Shown one piece after another: positions 1 to 11,510 of a DNA stretch of 64,000 nt. How positions within the stretch are numbered: the stretch's first letter is position 1; every line of letters starts with the position of its first letter. This DNA is from Cellvibrionales bacterium. Lineage in GTDB: Bacteria > Pseudomonadota > Gammaproteobacteria > Pseudomonadales > UBA7434. Position numbers and translations under genes: made by a program. The DNA lies in NCBI GenBank assembly GCA_042090785.1, contig JBELIP010000001.1, forward strand, positions 298,930-362,929, in the 5' to 3' direction. The notes beneath the pieces were generated by a model. That model worked only from the letters and a program-made list of their open reading frames with translations, was not told the origin of the DNA and ran no database searches.

Positions 1-1116
1 ATTGTTAGAAATAATTCTGGTGCCGATTGGCAAACAACTTTTTATTCACAAATAAGTCGTGATCAGTCAGCAGACCCTGGCGCTGATACCGCTGGTTTTG
101 GTATGCAGTCTTATTTAGGGGCAGCAACAACAACCGCTGACGACCCTTATAAAAAAATAGACTTCAAAGATATTAAAAAAGAAGATTTCCGTAACCAATA
201 TGCTGGTGGTTGGGTAGCAATGATCCAACATTATTTTGTAAGCGCTTGGGTTCCAGAGCCTAATGCAACTTATAACTACTACACCAAAGCAAGTAAATCG
301 GGTTTAAACATTATTGGTTTTCATAAACAGTTTCAAGTTGAAGCCGGCGATACCGCAAGCATCGGCGCACAATTTTATGTTGGACCTAAGTATCAATATC
401 GCCTACAAGAAATTGCACCGCATTTAGACTTAACCGTTGATTACGGTTGGTTATGGTGGATAGCTCAACCCCTTTACACCTTGCTGTATTTTTTCGCTAC
501 GGGTGAAGCCCACATGTTTGGCGAAGTTTATGATGTATTTCCTGGTTTTGGTAACTGGGGCTTTTCAATTATTATGCTTACCGTTGTTATTAAAGCGTTA
601 TTCTTCCGCTTATCAGCAACAAGTTATCGCTCTATGGCGAATATGCGTCGCGTACAACCTAAATTGTTAGCTGTTCGTGAGCGACACGCCAACGATAAAC
701 AAGCGCAATCAAAAGCAATGATGGAGCTTTACCAAAAAGAAAAAATCAACCCTTTGGGTGGCTGTCTTCCCATTCTTGTACAAATGCCGGTGTTTATTGC
801 TTTGTATTGGGCGCTAATGGAAAGTGTTGAGCTCCGACACGCACCCTTTATTGGTTGGATCACCGACCTCTCTGTTATGGATCCTTATTTTGTATTGCCA
901 TTAATCATGGGCACCACCATGTTCTTGCAACAAAAAATGAACCCGCCACCGCCAGATCCTATGCAAGCAAAAATCATGCAATGGATGCCCGTAGTGTTTA
1001 CATTATTCTTTGTGTTCTTCCCTGCTGGCCTCGTTGTTTACTGGGTATCGAATAATATTTTATCGATATCTCAGCAGTGGTATATCACTCGACAAATCGA
1101 AAAAGCCAATAGCTAA
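1..1116 (+). CDS. yidC: Membrane protein insertase YidC, C-terminal part (gene starts upstream of the window)
   Basis: Frame +1 is open from base 1 (IVRNNSGADWQTTFYSQ...), so the ORF-track Met at 103 is internal. Conserved YidC/Oxa1 core is present (NPLGGCLPILVQMPVFIALYW, PAGLVVYWVSNNILSISQQ). mnmE follows, as in many gammaproteobacteria. Confidence 0.95.
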   Translation: MVRNNSGADWQTTFYSQISRDQSADPGADTAGFGMQSYLGAATTTADDPYKKIDFKDIKKEDFRNQYAGGWVAMIQHYFVSAWVPEPNATYNYYTKASKSGLNIIGFHKQFQVEAGDTASIGAQFYVGPKYQYRLQEIAPHLDLTVDYGWLWWIAQPLYTLLYFFATGEAHMFGEVYDVFPGFGNWGFSIIMLTVVIKALFFRLSATSYRSMANMRRVQPKLLAVRERHANDKQAQSKAMMELYQKEKINPLGGCLPILVQMPVFIALYWALMESVELRHAPFIGWITDLSVMDPYFVLPLIMGTTMFLQQKMNPPPPDPMQAKIMQWMPVVFTLFFVFFPAGLVVYWVSNNILSISQQWYITRQIEKANS

Positions 1117-1142
1117 CTTGTAGCTAACAACAAATAAATAAG

Positions 1143-2543
1143 ATGAGCGGCAATAATAATATAGATAGCGACACTATTGCCGCCATTGCTACGGCCACAG
1201 GTAAAGGCGGTATTGGCATTATTCGACTTTCAGGTCCGAATGCACTCCCAATTGCTAAAGTATTAATACAAGCAGATCTAAAGCCACGCTATGCGTTGTT
1301 TACTTCTTTTGTTGATAAACAACTAAAGAAAATTGATGAAGGTATAGCGCTATACTTTCCTAAACCCAACTCTTTTACGGGTGAAGATGTTGTAGAGCTT
1401 CAGGCCCACGGTGGCTCTGTTATTCTTAACCTGCTTCTTGCCGAAGCAGTAAAATTAGGCGCAAGAATAGCTAGACCTGGTGAGTTTTCTGAACGCGCAT
1501 TTCTTAATGATAAAATCGACCTTATTCAAGCAGAGGCGATAGCAGATATTATTGAAAGCCGCTCCGAGACAGCGGCTAGATCAGCAATGCGATCGCTTAG
1601 CGGAGAATTCTCTAAAAAAATAAGCACACTTATAAACGATGTAACGCAATTAAGAGTTTATGTTGAAGCAGCTATCGACTTTCCTGAAGAAGAGGTAGAT
1701 TTTGTTTCTGATGGCTATGTACTTAACGCTTTAAATGAGTTGAATAATTCTATAGAAGCTATTTGGCAACAAGCGAAACAAGGTAGTTTACTCCGTGATG
1801 GTATTTCGGTGGTTATTATCGGAAAACCCAACGCAGGCAAATCAAGCTTACTTAATTTACTAGCAGGTGATGATTTAGCTATCGTCAACCAACGGGCTGG
1901 AACAACGCGTGACATTTTGCGCGAAGATATACAAATAGACGGTCTACCCTTAAGAATAATTGACACCGCCGGTTTGCGTGAGTCCGATGATGAGATAGAA
2001 CAAGAAGGCATACGGCGCGCTAAAAAAGAAATAGAAAAAGCTGATATTGTTTTGTTTGTGCGTGATGCAGCCGAAGAAAAAAAACTTTATAAAGATAATA
2101 GCCAAACATTGGATACTATTTATAAAGAGCTATCTAATTTTGAAATAACACCATCAGAAACCACTGACTTTATTGTTATTAATAATAAAATTGATATTAA
2201 TAAAACCCCTGCTGCTATAAACACAAACACCCATTTTACCGAAGTGCACCTATCAGCAAAATCAGGCGAAGGGTTTAATTTATTTGTAAACAGCCTAAAA
2301 GAACTATGTGGTTATAGCGAGAGCGAAAATAACTTTGTGGCGAGAGGTCGTCATATTGAAGCGCTAGATAATGCGCGCGATTATATCCTGCAAGGTAAAC
2401 AGCAATTAATACTCAATCAAGCAGGTGAGTTACTAGCTGACGATTTAAGGCAGGCACAGCACTATCTAGGATTAATTACTGGTGCTGTTTCTTCTGATGA
2501 TTTGTTGGGTGAAATATTTTCTAGTTTTTGTATTGGAAAATAA
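1143..2543 (+). CDS. mnmE: tRNA modification GTPase MnmE (TrmE)
   Basis: 466-aa ORF with G-domain motifs GKPNAGKSS, DTAGLR and NNKID, and the C-terminal CIGK tetrapeptide typical of MnmE. Sits downstream of yidC. Confidence 0.95.
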   Translation: MSGNNNIDSDTIAAIATATGKGGIGIIRLSGPNALPIAKVLIQADLKPRYALFTSFVDKQLKKIDEGIALYFPKPNSFTGEDVVELQAHGGSVILNLLLAEAVKLGARIARPGEFSERAFLNDKIDLIQAEAIADIIESRSETAARSAMRSLSGEFSKKISTLINDVTQLRVYVEAAIDFPEEEVDFVSDGYVLNALNELNNSIEAIWQQAKQGSLLRDGISVVIIGKPNAGKSSLLNLLAGDDLAIVNQRAGTTRDILREDIQIDGLPLRIIDTAGLRESDDEIEQEGIRRAKKEIEKADIVLFVRDAAEEKKLYKDNSQTLDTIYKELSNFEITPSETTDFIVINNKIDINKTPAAINTNTHFTEVHLSAKSGEGFNLFVNSLKELCGYSESENNFVARGRHIEALDNARDYILQGKQQLILNQAGELLADDLRQAQHYLGLITGAVSSDDLLGEIFSSFCIGK

Positions 2544-2580
2544 GCAATTTTTTTATTGCAGCCAATTTAGACGTTTATTT

Positions 2581-2612
2581 AAAGTAATACTAAGCTAAAG
2601 TAATACTAAGCA
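2581..2612 (+). repeat. Tandem duplication of a 16-nt unit (AAAGTAATACTAAGC+1) at the convergent mnmE/HNH junction
   Basis: Read directly: aaagtaatactaagct (2581-2596) followed by aaagtaatactaagca (2597-2612), 15/16 identical. The second copy overlaps the stop codon of the minus-strand HNH gene. Confidence 0.9.
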
Positions 2613-3160
2613 GCCTGCCATTTTCGGGTATTCATTCTAAAACGGGCTCGTAAATACTCCATTTGGTCGCCAACAATCTGTCGGTTACTCAAATACATAA
2701 ACTCAAAAATATTTGGGGTAAACGGCACCGCTAACAACGCCATACCCGCCTGCTCTGGCGTCCTGCCTCCTTTAAAGTTATTACAGCGCTGGCAGGCAGC
2801 CACAAGATTTTGCCAATGATTTTCACCCCCTTGAGATATGGGGATAATATGGTCGCGAGTTAAATGGTTATCAGTGAACTGTTTGCCGCAATAAAGACAG
2901 AAATGATCATCACGACGGAAAAGCGTTCTATTAGATAAAGTCGGCGTTAAAGAATGCCTTGCTGTTTCGCCGTCACAAGCAATAATGGGGGGCACAGACA
3001 ACAGTGATCGACAACCCTGCTGGTTATACCCACCACGAAGAACGACAGGTTGATCACCTAAACTCCAGACCACCTTCTGCTTCACGCAAAGCGTTGCAGC
3101 CTCTTGTTGAGAAACCCAGCAAACCGGCAAACCCGCTTTATTTAGACGCAATATCTTCAC
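2606..3160 (-). CDS. HNH endonuclease family protein
   Basis: 184-aa ORF. C-terminal HNH/zinc-finger nuclease signature: CLYCG ... DHIIPISQGGENHWQNLVAACQRCNNFKG. The N-terminal ~80 aa has no motif I recognise. Confidence 0.8.
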   Translation of the reverse strand: MKILRLNKAGLPVCWVSQQEAATLCVKQKVVWSLGDQPVVLRGGYNQQGCRSLLSVPPIIACDGETARHSLTPTLSNRTLFRRDDHFCLYCGKQFTDNHLTRDHIIPISQGGENHWQNLVAACQRCNNFKGGRTPEQAGMALLAVPFTPNIFEFMYLSNRQIVGDQMEYLRARFRMNTRKWQAA

Positions 3161-3655
3161 AAGTCACCTGAAATAAATCGTTTTTAACCCATTAAATATC
3201 TGTTTTTTTTATCATAAGCGCAATTATTTTCTACCTCAAGCGCTGTGTGTAAGCACTGAAGTGCCTGTGCGTAACAGACAGGGTTATCAACAGTTAAAAC
3301 CTCTAGGGGCATTTTGGTTAAAAGTTTAGGTTTTTAACCAGCAGCTTTACAGCAGCTTAACCAAGCTTTATCTCTGCGGTTGTACATTGGCTAAGCATCT
3401 GTAATTTATAGGTAAAAATGGGTTTTCCACTGCAACAAGCAATGCTAATAATAACTATATTAAATAAATATCTATATATAAACAAAGAGATATACATAAT
3501 AACCCTAAAAGAATAACTTCACGTTAGTGCCCCGTTTAAGGGCTGTTAATCAGGGCTGTTCAGTCTCAAAATTAGTGTTATATTGCGCGGCCTGTCTCTT
3601 ATAAGTCAGTTAAAATTTAACTAGAAATCAGCAAAAAGGATCCAGCGTAAACCTA

Positions 3656-5602
3656 ATGCAATACCCAGATAATTTTGATGTCATTGTTATTGGTGGCGGC
3701 CATGCCGGTACCGAAGCAGCACTTGCGGCGGCCCGAATGGGCAGTCAGACACTGCTGTTGACGCACAATATCGAAACTTTGGGCCAATTGTCATGCAACC
3801 CTGCTATTGGCGGTATCGGTAAAAGCCATTTGGTTAAAGAGATTGATGCTTTGGGTGGCGCAATGGCGATTGCGGCCGATCACGGAGGTATTCAATTTCG
3901 TATTTTAAATGCGCGTAAAGGGCCCGCTGTTAGAGCGACACGAGCACAAGCCGACCGTGTTTTATACAAAGCAGCCGTTCGATCAATACTGGAAAATCAG
4001 CCGAACCTCACTATTTTTCAGGCTGCCGTTGATGATTTAATTATCAATGAGAGCTTAGCAACCCCCGTTGTTACTGGTGTTGTAACCAATATCGGTTTGA
4101 AATTTCACGCAAAGTCCGTGATTTTGTCTGCGGGAACATTCCTGGGCGGTAAGATTCATATTGGGCTAGATAATCACGCGGGCGGGCGCGCAGGCGACCC
4201 TCCTTCAATTGCTTTAGCTCATCGTTTACGACAACTCCCTTTTCGAGTTGGCCGCTTAAAAACCGGTACCCCACCTAGAATTGATGCAAAAACCGTCGAT
4301 TTTTCTGAGTTACAGGAGCAGAAAGGCGATACTCCGCTGCCTGTTATGTCGTTTTTGGGAAGTGTCGAAGACCACCCTAGACAAGTGAGTTGTTATATTA
4401 CTCACACAAACGAGAAAACCCACGATATTATCCGTGAAGGCCTTGATAGATCGCCCATGTACACCGGCGTTATTGAAGGAACAGGGCCGCGTTATTGCCC
4501 GTCGGTTGAAGATAAGATTCATCGTTTTGCCGATAAGTCTTCGCATCAAATATTTATTGAGCCCGAGGGTTTAAATACTCACGAGCTCTACCCGAATGGA
4601 ATATCAACTAGCCTCCCTTTCGATATCCAAATCCGTATGGTTCGCAGTATCAAAGGCTTCGAAAACGCTCATATGACGCGAGCCGGCTATGCCATCGAGT
4701 ATGATTTCTTTGATCCTCGTGATTTAAAGCCCAGTTTAGAAACACGATTTATTAATGGTTTGTTTTTTTGTGGTCAGATAAACGGCACAACAGGTTACGA
4801 AGAAGCTGGTGCACAAGGTTTACTTGCTGGAACCAATGCGGCACTGCAGGTCCAGAATAAAGAGGCTTGGCACCCAGGCAGAGATTTAGCTTACATGGGG
4901 GTAATGGTTGATGATCTCATTACGTTGGGTACTCAAGAGCCCTACCGTATGTTTACTAGCCGTGCTGAATACCGACTCACTTTGCGCGAGGATAATGCCG
5001 ACACTCGACTTACTGAAGTTGGTCGTTCGCTGGGTTTAATTGATGAAAAACGCTGGCGTGCCTATAGCGAAAAGCGAGAAACTATTGAACGTGAGCAGCA
5101 ACGATTAAAGTCAACATGGGTACAGCCAGATTCTAGTGCAGCAGAAAAATTAAACCCTAAATTGAAAAAGACGCTCAGTAGAGAATACAGTCTAGCTGAT
5201 TTATTAAAGCGTCCAGAGCTTAACCTCGACGATATTTATGCAGCGACAGCGTTGGAGGTTGGTGTTGAAATTAACAACCAACAAGCTAAAGAACAAATTG
5301 AGATTGCAGCAAAATATGCCGGTTATATTGACCGTCAACAAGGTGATATCGATAAGCTACGCCGTAGCGAGCAAACTAAAATACCAAGTAGTTTTGACTA
5401 TGATTCAGTGTCAGGTTTAAGTAATGAAGTGAAGCAAAAACTAAACGAAGCCAAACCAGAAAGTTTAGGTAGGGCGAGTCGAGTGCCTGGCGTTACACCG
5501 GCAGCTATTTCTTTACTGCTTATCCACCTTAAGAAAATGGGTCAACTCGAGAATCTTGATCATTCAGAAGGTCAAAACAGCAATAATCAGCAGGCTCTCT
5601 AA
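3656..5602 (+). CDS. mnmG: tRNA uridine 5-carboxymethylaminomethyl modification enzyme MnmG (GidA)
   Basis: 648-aa ORF with N-terminal FAD fold [14 protein letters not shown] and full-length GidA-like sequence. rsmG lies immediately downstream. Confidence 0.95.
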   Translation: MQYPDNFDVIVIGGGHAGTEAALAAARMGSQTLLLTHNIETLGQLSCNPAIGGIGKSHLVKEIDALGGAMAIAADHGGIQFRILNARKGPAVRATRAQADRVLYKAAVRSILENQPNLTIFQAAVDDLIINESLATPVVTGVVTNIGLKFHAKSVILSAGTFLGGKIHIGLDNHAGGRAGDPPSIALAHRLRQLPFRVGRLKTGTPPRIDAKTVDFSELQEQKGDTPLPVMSFLGSVEDHPRQVSCYITHTNEKTHDIIREGLDRSPMYTGVIEGTGPRYCPSVEDKIHRFADKSSHQIFIEPEGLNTHELYPNGISTSLPFDIQIRMVRSIKGFENAHMTRAGYAIEYDFFDPRDLKPSLETRFINGLFFCGQINGTTGYEEAGAQGLLAGTNAALQVQNKEAWHPGRDLAYMGVMVDDLITLGTQEPYRMFTSRAEYRLTLREDNADTRLTEVGRSLGLIDEKRWRAYSEKRETIEREQQRLKSTWVQPDSSAAEKLNPKLKKTLSREYSLADLLKRPELNLDDIYAATALEVGVEINNQQAKEQIEIAAKYAGYIDRQQGDIDKLRRSEQTKIPSSFDYDSVSGLSNEVKQKLNEAKPESLGRASRVPGVTPAAISLLLIHLKKMGQLENLDHSEGQNSNNQQAL

Positions 5603-5631
5603 GTTGCCGTCAGTTACTGGAAACCTTCCCA

Positions 5632-6261
5632 TTGAATAGGCACCACTACGATTTATTGAAACAAGGAGCGGAGCAATTATCCCTTCAAATCAGTGATACA
5701 CAAATCGATCAACTGCTTCGTTTTGCCACCTTAATTCTTAAATGGAACAAAACACATAACCTTACAGCAATAACCGACCCTGATCAGATAGTAAGTAAAC
5801 ACTTACTCGACAGCTTAAGTGTTTGCTCGGCTTTTCCGGAAGGCAGAGCTTTAGATGTGGGTAGTGGAGCAGGCTTGCCAGGCATACCACTAGCCATTGT
5901 TAAGCAGCAGCAAAACTTTACCCTTGTTGATAGTAGCCTTAAAAGAATAGCTTTTATAAGAGAGGTTAAGCGAGAGTTAGCGCTCACAAACGTCAAAGCT
6001 GTTCATAGTCGTGTTGAAGACTTTGAAAGCGGTTTATTTGATGTTATTACGAGCCGAGCGTTTAGTTCGTTGCACAATATGTTGCACCAAACCAAACATT
6101 TATTAACTAATGCTGGTTGCTGGTTTGCTATGAAAGGCGCTTACCCAATCGAGGAAATAAAAGAGATTGGTTGTGATTTTAAAGTACAAAAAACAACCAA
6201 ACTATCGGTTCCAGGTTTGGATGCTGAGCGGCATATTATTCAAATAGGCCGTGCAGAGTAA
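5632..6261 (+). CDS. rsmG: 16S rRNA (guanine527-N7)-methyltransferase RsmG (GidB)
   Basis: 209-aa ORF with a TTG start and the SAM-binding motif LDVGSGAGLPGIPLAI. gidA-gidB synteny. Confidence 0.9.
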   Translation: MNRHHYDLLKQGAEQLSLQISDTQIDQLLRFATLILKWNKTHNLTAITDPDQIVSKHLLDSLSVCSAFPEGRALDVGSGAGLPGIPLAIVKQQQNFTLVDSSLKRIAFIREVKRELALTNVKAVHSRVEDFESGLFDVITSRAFSSLHNMLHQTKHLLTNAGCWFAMKGAYPIEEIKEIGCDFKVQKTTKLSVPGLDAERHIIQIGRAE

Positions 6262-6379
6262 AAAAATAAACAGGCGCTAATCGATAAAAACAAAATTACG
6301 GCTGGTGTTTTTTCCCCCAAACCATTGATAATGGCAGCTGAGATATCAATACCGTTGAGCAAAAAAATCGGACACAGTT

Positions 6380-7192
6380 TTGGCTAGAATTTTCGCAATA
6401 AGCAATCAGAAAGGTGGTGTTGGTAAAACAACAACGACAGTGAATCTTGCTGCCTCTCTTGCAGCAACAAAAAGACGCACATTATTAGTTGATCTCGATC
6501 CGCAAGGAAACGCCACAATGGGGTGTGGTATTGAAAAAAATGCCCGAGAGCTAACCTTGTATGATTTGCTGTTAAACAACTCTTCGGTTGATCAGGTTAT
6601 TTGTCACAGTGAATCAGGCCACTTCGATGTTCTGCCATCAAATGGAGATTTAACAGCTGCCGAGGTTGAGCTTTTAGCTGTACCGAATAAAGAGTTTGTT
6701 CTTGCCAAGATACTGAATAGTGTTCGCTCAGAATACGATTTTATTTTAATTGATTGTCCACCATCACTTAGCATGTTGACGGTCAATGCTATGGCTGCGG
6801 CTGATGGTGTCATTATTCCAATTCAGTGCGAGTATTATGCGTTAGAAGGTTTGTCCGCGCTTATGAACACTATTGCAAGAGTCGCTGACACGATAAACCC
6901 CAACATTACCATCGAGGGGTTATTAAGAACTATGTACGACCCCCGCAATAGTTTGACCAATGATGTCTCTGATCAATTAATGCAGCACTTTGGTGAGCGT
7001 GTATACAGAACCGTTATTCCGCGAAACGTTAGGCTAGCAGAGGCCCCCAGTCATGGTGAGCCAGTACTGGCTTACGATCGTCAATCGAAAGGTGCAGAAG
7101 CTTATTTAGCACTAGCAGGCGAACTGCTACGACGCGAGGAGGCAAAAGCGCCTTTATCCAGCTCGGCACCAGAACATAACCATCGACCTTAG
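6380..7192 (+). CDS. parA: Chromosome partitioning ATPase ParA/Soj
   Basis: 270-aa ORF with a TTG start and the deviant Walker A motif NQKGGVGKTTT. Followed by parB. Confidence 0.9.
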   Translation: MARIFAISNQKGGVGKTTTTVNLAASLAATKRRTLLVDLDPQGNATMGCGIEKNARELTLYDLLLNNSSVDQVICHSESGHFDVLPSNGDLTAAEVELLAVPNKEFVLAKILNSVRSEYDFILIDCPPSLSMLTVNAMAAADGVIIPIQCEYYALEGLSALMNTIARVADTINPNITIEGLLRTMYDPRNSLTNDVSDQLMQHFGERVYRTVIPRNVRLAEAPSHGEPVLAYDRQSKGAEAYLALAGELLRREEAKAPLSSSAPEHNHRP

Positions 7193-7230
7193 AATATAAA
7201 TAACAACAGCAAATAATTTAGGCAGTAATA

Positions 7231-8253
7231 ATGGCAACAAAAAAGAAGGGTTTAGGTAAAGGGTTAGATGCATTGCTCGGCGATGCTTTTGGTGCTGCCT
7301 CTCAACAGCAAAGTGTTAACACCTCGGCAGCCAGCCAGCCAGCACGTGGCCTTGCATCTGATTTAAACCAGTTATCAAACCGAGCACAACAAAACCCTGA
7401 TATTGCTGATACTCAAGAACAGGCAGAAGACCTTTCGGCTGAGCAGCCAGTGCTTAAAATTAATACCTTGTTAGAAGTACCGGTTGAGATGTGTCAGCGA
7501 GGTAAATACCAACCAAGGCGTGATATTGACCCAACCTCATTAGAAGAGTTAGCGGCTTCTATTCGAAACCAAGGCGTTATGCAGCCAATAATCCTAAGGG
7601 CTATTGCTAGCGATTCTGCAGCAGAGGCCAGTTATGAAATTATTGCTGGTGAGCGCCGCTGGCGAGCAGCGCAACTAGCGGGCTTAACAACGGTTCCAGC
7701 GGTTGTTAAAGAAGTACCCGATGAAGCCGCAATGGCAATGGCGTTGGTTGAAAACCTACAACGTGAAGACCTCAATGTTATGGAAGAGGCTTATGCGCTT
7801 TCAAGACTGAACCAAGAATTTGACCTAACTCATCAACAGGTTGCTGATATTGTTGGTAAATCTAGGGCGGCGGTCTCGAACACATTGCGCTTAATGAGTT
7901 TGCACAAAGACGTTAAGTTACTGCTAGAAAATGGCGATTTAGAGATGGGTCACGCAAGAGCGTTACTTGTTTTAGAAGGAGCATCTCAAGTAGCTGCAGC
8001 AAAAGAAGTGGTTAACCGCGGTTTAAGTGTTCGTCAAACAGAAGCGCTGGTTAAAGGTGTGCAATCACCTAAGTCATCAAAAGGTAATCAAAATAACGCT
8101 CAAGACCCTAACATCTCTCGCTTGCAGAACGACTTATCTGAAACGTTAGGTGTACCCGTGGCATTTAATCATTCGACAAATGGCCGTGGTAAATTAACGA
8201 TTAAATACAATAGCCTCGATGAGTTAGATGGTATTTTAGATCATATTAAGTAA
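7231..8253 (+). CDS. parB: Chromosome partitioning protein ParB/Spo0J
   Basis: 340-aa ORF with the ParB-box motif IIAGERRWRAA and a helix-turn-helix region (QQVADIVGKSRAAVSNTLRL). Paired with parA. Confidence 0.9.
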   Translation: MATKKKGLGKGLDALLGDAFGAASQQQSVNTSAASQPARGLASDLNQLSNRAQQNPDIADTQEQAEDLSAEQPVLKINTLLEVPVEMCQRGKYQPRRDIDPTSLEELAASIRNQGVMQPIILRAIASDSAAEASYEIIAGERRWRAAQLAGLTTVPAVVKEVPDEAAMAMALVENLQREDLNVMEEAYALSRLNQEFDLTHQQVADIVGKSRAAVSNTLRLMSLHKDVKLLLENGDLEMGHARALLVLEGASQVAAAKEVVNRGLSVRQTEALVKGVQSPKSSKGNQNNAQDPNISRLQNDLSETLGVPVAFNHSTNGRGKLTIKYNSLDELDGILDHIK

Positions 8254-8529
8254 ACGTTAAGATTACCGCTAATTAGCCGGCTCAAAAGGGCGAAAAAACA
8301 ACAAACGCAACCATTGTTGGTTGCTTACCATGAATCGATTATTTATAATCCGCGCCGCTTGGATCGGTGCTATCTATTCACCTAGCAGTTTGGTAGTCGA
8401 TAACGGTACGTAGCTGATATGTAGTTGGTTAAAATTTACATACAAAGCAGGTGTTGAGTTGCCAAATGAGCAGCGAGACAACCATAAAGCTTTGTTTTAA
8501 AGTAACTTTCAGCGTTACGCAATCTGTTT

Positions 8530-8943
8530 ATGGTGAATATAAGTATAAGTAGCAACCCCCCTCTTCTTCAGCAGGTATTATTGCAGTTGCTCGCAACAGC
8601 GCTACTGTCACTAGCCTTTGGTTGGTATCAAGATTGGGCGTGGTCAACGTTGGCTGCCACGATAATTGGTGGTTTTATAGCAACAAGCACAGGGCTTTAC
8701 TTTAATTGGCGGTCGTTTCGAAGCGATTTAAGCAAAGAAAATGAAGTAAACGCCCATCGCGTTCTGGCTGATATCTATCGGGCATCAATAGCGAAAACAA
8801 TGGTGGCGGGTGTGTTACTGGCGCTAGCCTTTAAATACGGCGATCAACTAGATAAACCCTTTTTACTGCTTGGGTTTGTTGTTATTAGTGTTTTTGTAGC
8901 GGTTTGTAATGCGATCTTTTCGCGAGACACGCAACCGCAGTAA
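8530..8943 (+). CDS. atpI: ATP synthase protein I (AtpI-like small membrane protein)
   Basis: 137-aa hydrophobic ORF directly upstream of atpB. Assigned mainly from position and size; the sequence signal is weak. Confidence 0.6.
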   Translation: MVNISISSNPPLLQQVLLQLLATALLSLAFGWYQDWAWSTLAATIIGGFIATSTGLYFNWRSFRSDLSKENEVNAHRVLADIYRASIAKTMVAGVLLALAFKYGDQLDKPFLLLGFVVISVFVAVCNAIFSRDTQPQ

Positions 8944-9099
8944 TGCAATAAAGAGCGGGTGTTGATTTATATCTTTCAGCCCTTTACCAAGGTTATAACG
9001 TTAGCCAACGGTAAGTGCGTGAAGTTTTATCTAAAAGCAGTAACTGAATCTGAACACCAAAGACTGAAAAACCAAAGATTGTAAAATCAGAGACATTAG

Positions 9100-9984
<885 letters not shown>

Positions 9985-10055
9985 ATCACTTAGTTGGTTG
10001 GTGAGAAAAAGAAGTTTTTTAAACAGTTTTTATTTTTAAACATTTAAATTTTTGA

Positions 10056-10295
<240 letters not shown>

Positions 10296-10402
10296 TTTTT
10301 GTCATAGACAAAAACAGCTATACAGTCGGCTTAGTTCAGGTTTGGTGATGTTTATTATTAACCACACACCAGCTGTTCATAAATTGAGAAAAGGGTAATA
10401 CA

Positions 10403-10873
10403 GTGAATATTAATCTCACTTTGTTTGCGCAATTAATAAGTTTTGCAATCTTTGTATGGTTCTGCAAAAACTATGTTTGGCCGCCTATTGTTGCTGCCAT
10501 GGAAGAGCGTGAAAAGAAAATTGCTGATGGATTAAATGCTGCAGAAAAAGCAGGCCAAGATCTTGAAGAAGCGCATAAACAAGTTGAAGCACAGTTGGTT
10601 GAGGCTAAAGCGCAAGCTGCAGGCATACTTGACCAAGCAAATAAGCGTGCTGCTCAAATTGTTGATGAAGCAAAAGAGCAAGCCGTTTTGGAAGGTCAGC
10701 GCTTAAAAGGTGCTGCGCAAGCTGATATTGAGCAGGAAGTTAATCGTGCTAAAGAGCAGCTTCGTTCACAAGTTGCTTCTTTGGCATTGGTTGGCGCAGA
10801 AAAAATTCTGGAAGCGTCTATTGATGAAAACGCGCATAGCGATATCGTCAATAAGCTTGCAGCCAATCTATAA
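10403..10873 (+). CDS. atpF: F0F1 ATP synthase subunit b
   Basis: 156-aa ORF with a GTG start, one N-terminal TM segment, then a long Ala/Glu/Lys/Gln-rich helix. Operon position fits. Confidence 0.9.
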   Translation: MNINLTLFAQLISFAIFVWFCKNYVWPPIVAAMEEREKKIADGLNAAEKAGQDLEEAHKQVEAQLVEAKAQAAGILDQANKRAAQIVDEAKEQAVLEGQRLKGAAQADIEQEVNRAKEQLRSQVASLALVGAEKILEASIDENAHSDIVNKLAANL

Positions 10874-10887
10874 ATCAGGAATCGGTA

Positions 10888-11424
10888 ATGGCTGAATTAA
10901 GAACATTAGCGCGACCTTACGCAAAAGCCGCTTTTCAAGCTGCTAGCGAGTCGGGCACATTACAGCTTTGGGCAGATCAACTTGCACTGCTTGGATCGAT
11001 TTCTGCTGAGCCAAAAGTAGCAGATGCAATAAGCTCTTCAACGGTTGATGCCGCTTCGCAAGTTGCGACAATAACTGGGTTGATAGGAGAAGACCTCAAT
11101 GCAGCGGTTAACAATTTTTTGCATATACTCGCAGAAAACAAGCGCTTGTTATTGTTGCCATCCATTGCCGAATTGTTTGTAGAGCTGAAAGCAAACTTAG
11201 AGCGCTCTGTTGAAGTTAATATTAGTACAGCGTTTGCATTAGATGACGCAACAGAAACAAAATTAACACAAGCATTAAAAGATAAGTTACAGCGTGACAT
11301 ACAAGTACACACTGACGTCGATAAATCGTTGTTAGGTGGTGTTGTGGTTCGTGCAGGAGACATCGTTATTGATGGTTCCGTGAAGGGGCGGCTAGCAAAG
11401 TTAGCTGAAGCCATGTCGGTTTAA
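10888..11424 (+). CDS. atpH: F0F1 ATP synthase subunit delta
   Basis: 178-aa ORF starting RPYAKAAF, typical of OSCP/delta. Lies between atpF and atpA. Confidence 0.9.
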   Translation: MAELRTLARPYAKAAFQAASESGTLQLWADQLALLGSISAEPKVADAISSSTVDAASQVATITGLIGEDLNAAVNNFLHILAENKRLLLLPSIAELFVELKANLERSVEVNISTAFALDDATETKLTQALKDKLQRDIQVHTDVDKSLLGGVVVRAGDIVIDGSVKGRLAKLAEAMSV

Positions 11425-11510
11425 GTGGCACCTTTTTACTCTGGGTTATAGAGCGGCTTTTAACTAAACCGTTTATTAAGTAATGAATTTGTAGGTTTGA
11501 GGAATAGACA

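Noticed and set aside
3161-3655. Calling this intergenic region oriC, because it lies next to mnmG (gidA) as in E. coli and Vibrio
   Set aside because: I found no cluster of consensus DnaA boxes (only one- or two-mismatch 9-mers), only one GATC, and no 13-mer-type repeats. The overall synteny (yidC-mnmE ... mnmG-rsmG-parAB-atp) is the Pseudomonas type, where oriC sits by rpmH/dnaA, upstream of this window. It is kept only as a low-interest question.
10977-11414. 145-aa ORF fully antisense to atpH, plus similar antisense or alternate-frame ORFs at 1715-2011, 4071-4549, 14104-14340, 16299-17402, 17395-17670, 21373-22588, 39281-40045 and 58612-59445
   Set aside because: All are embedded in strongly supported conserved genes. 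Their translations are low-complexity (Ser/Ala/Thr/Cys-rich) with no recognisable motif and no RBS. This is typical of shadow ORFs.
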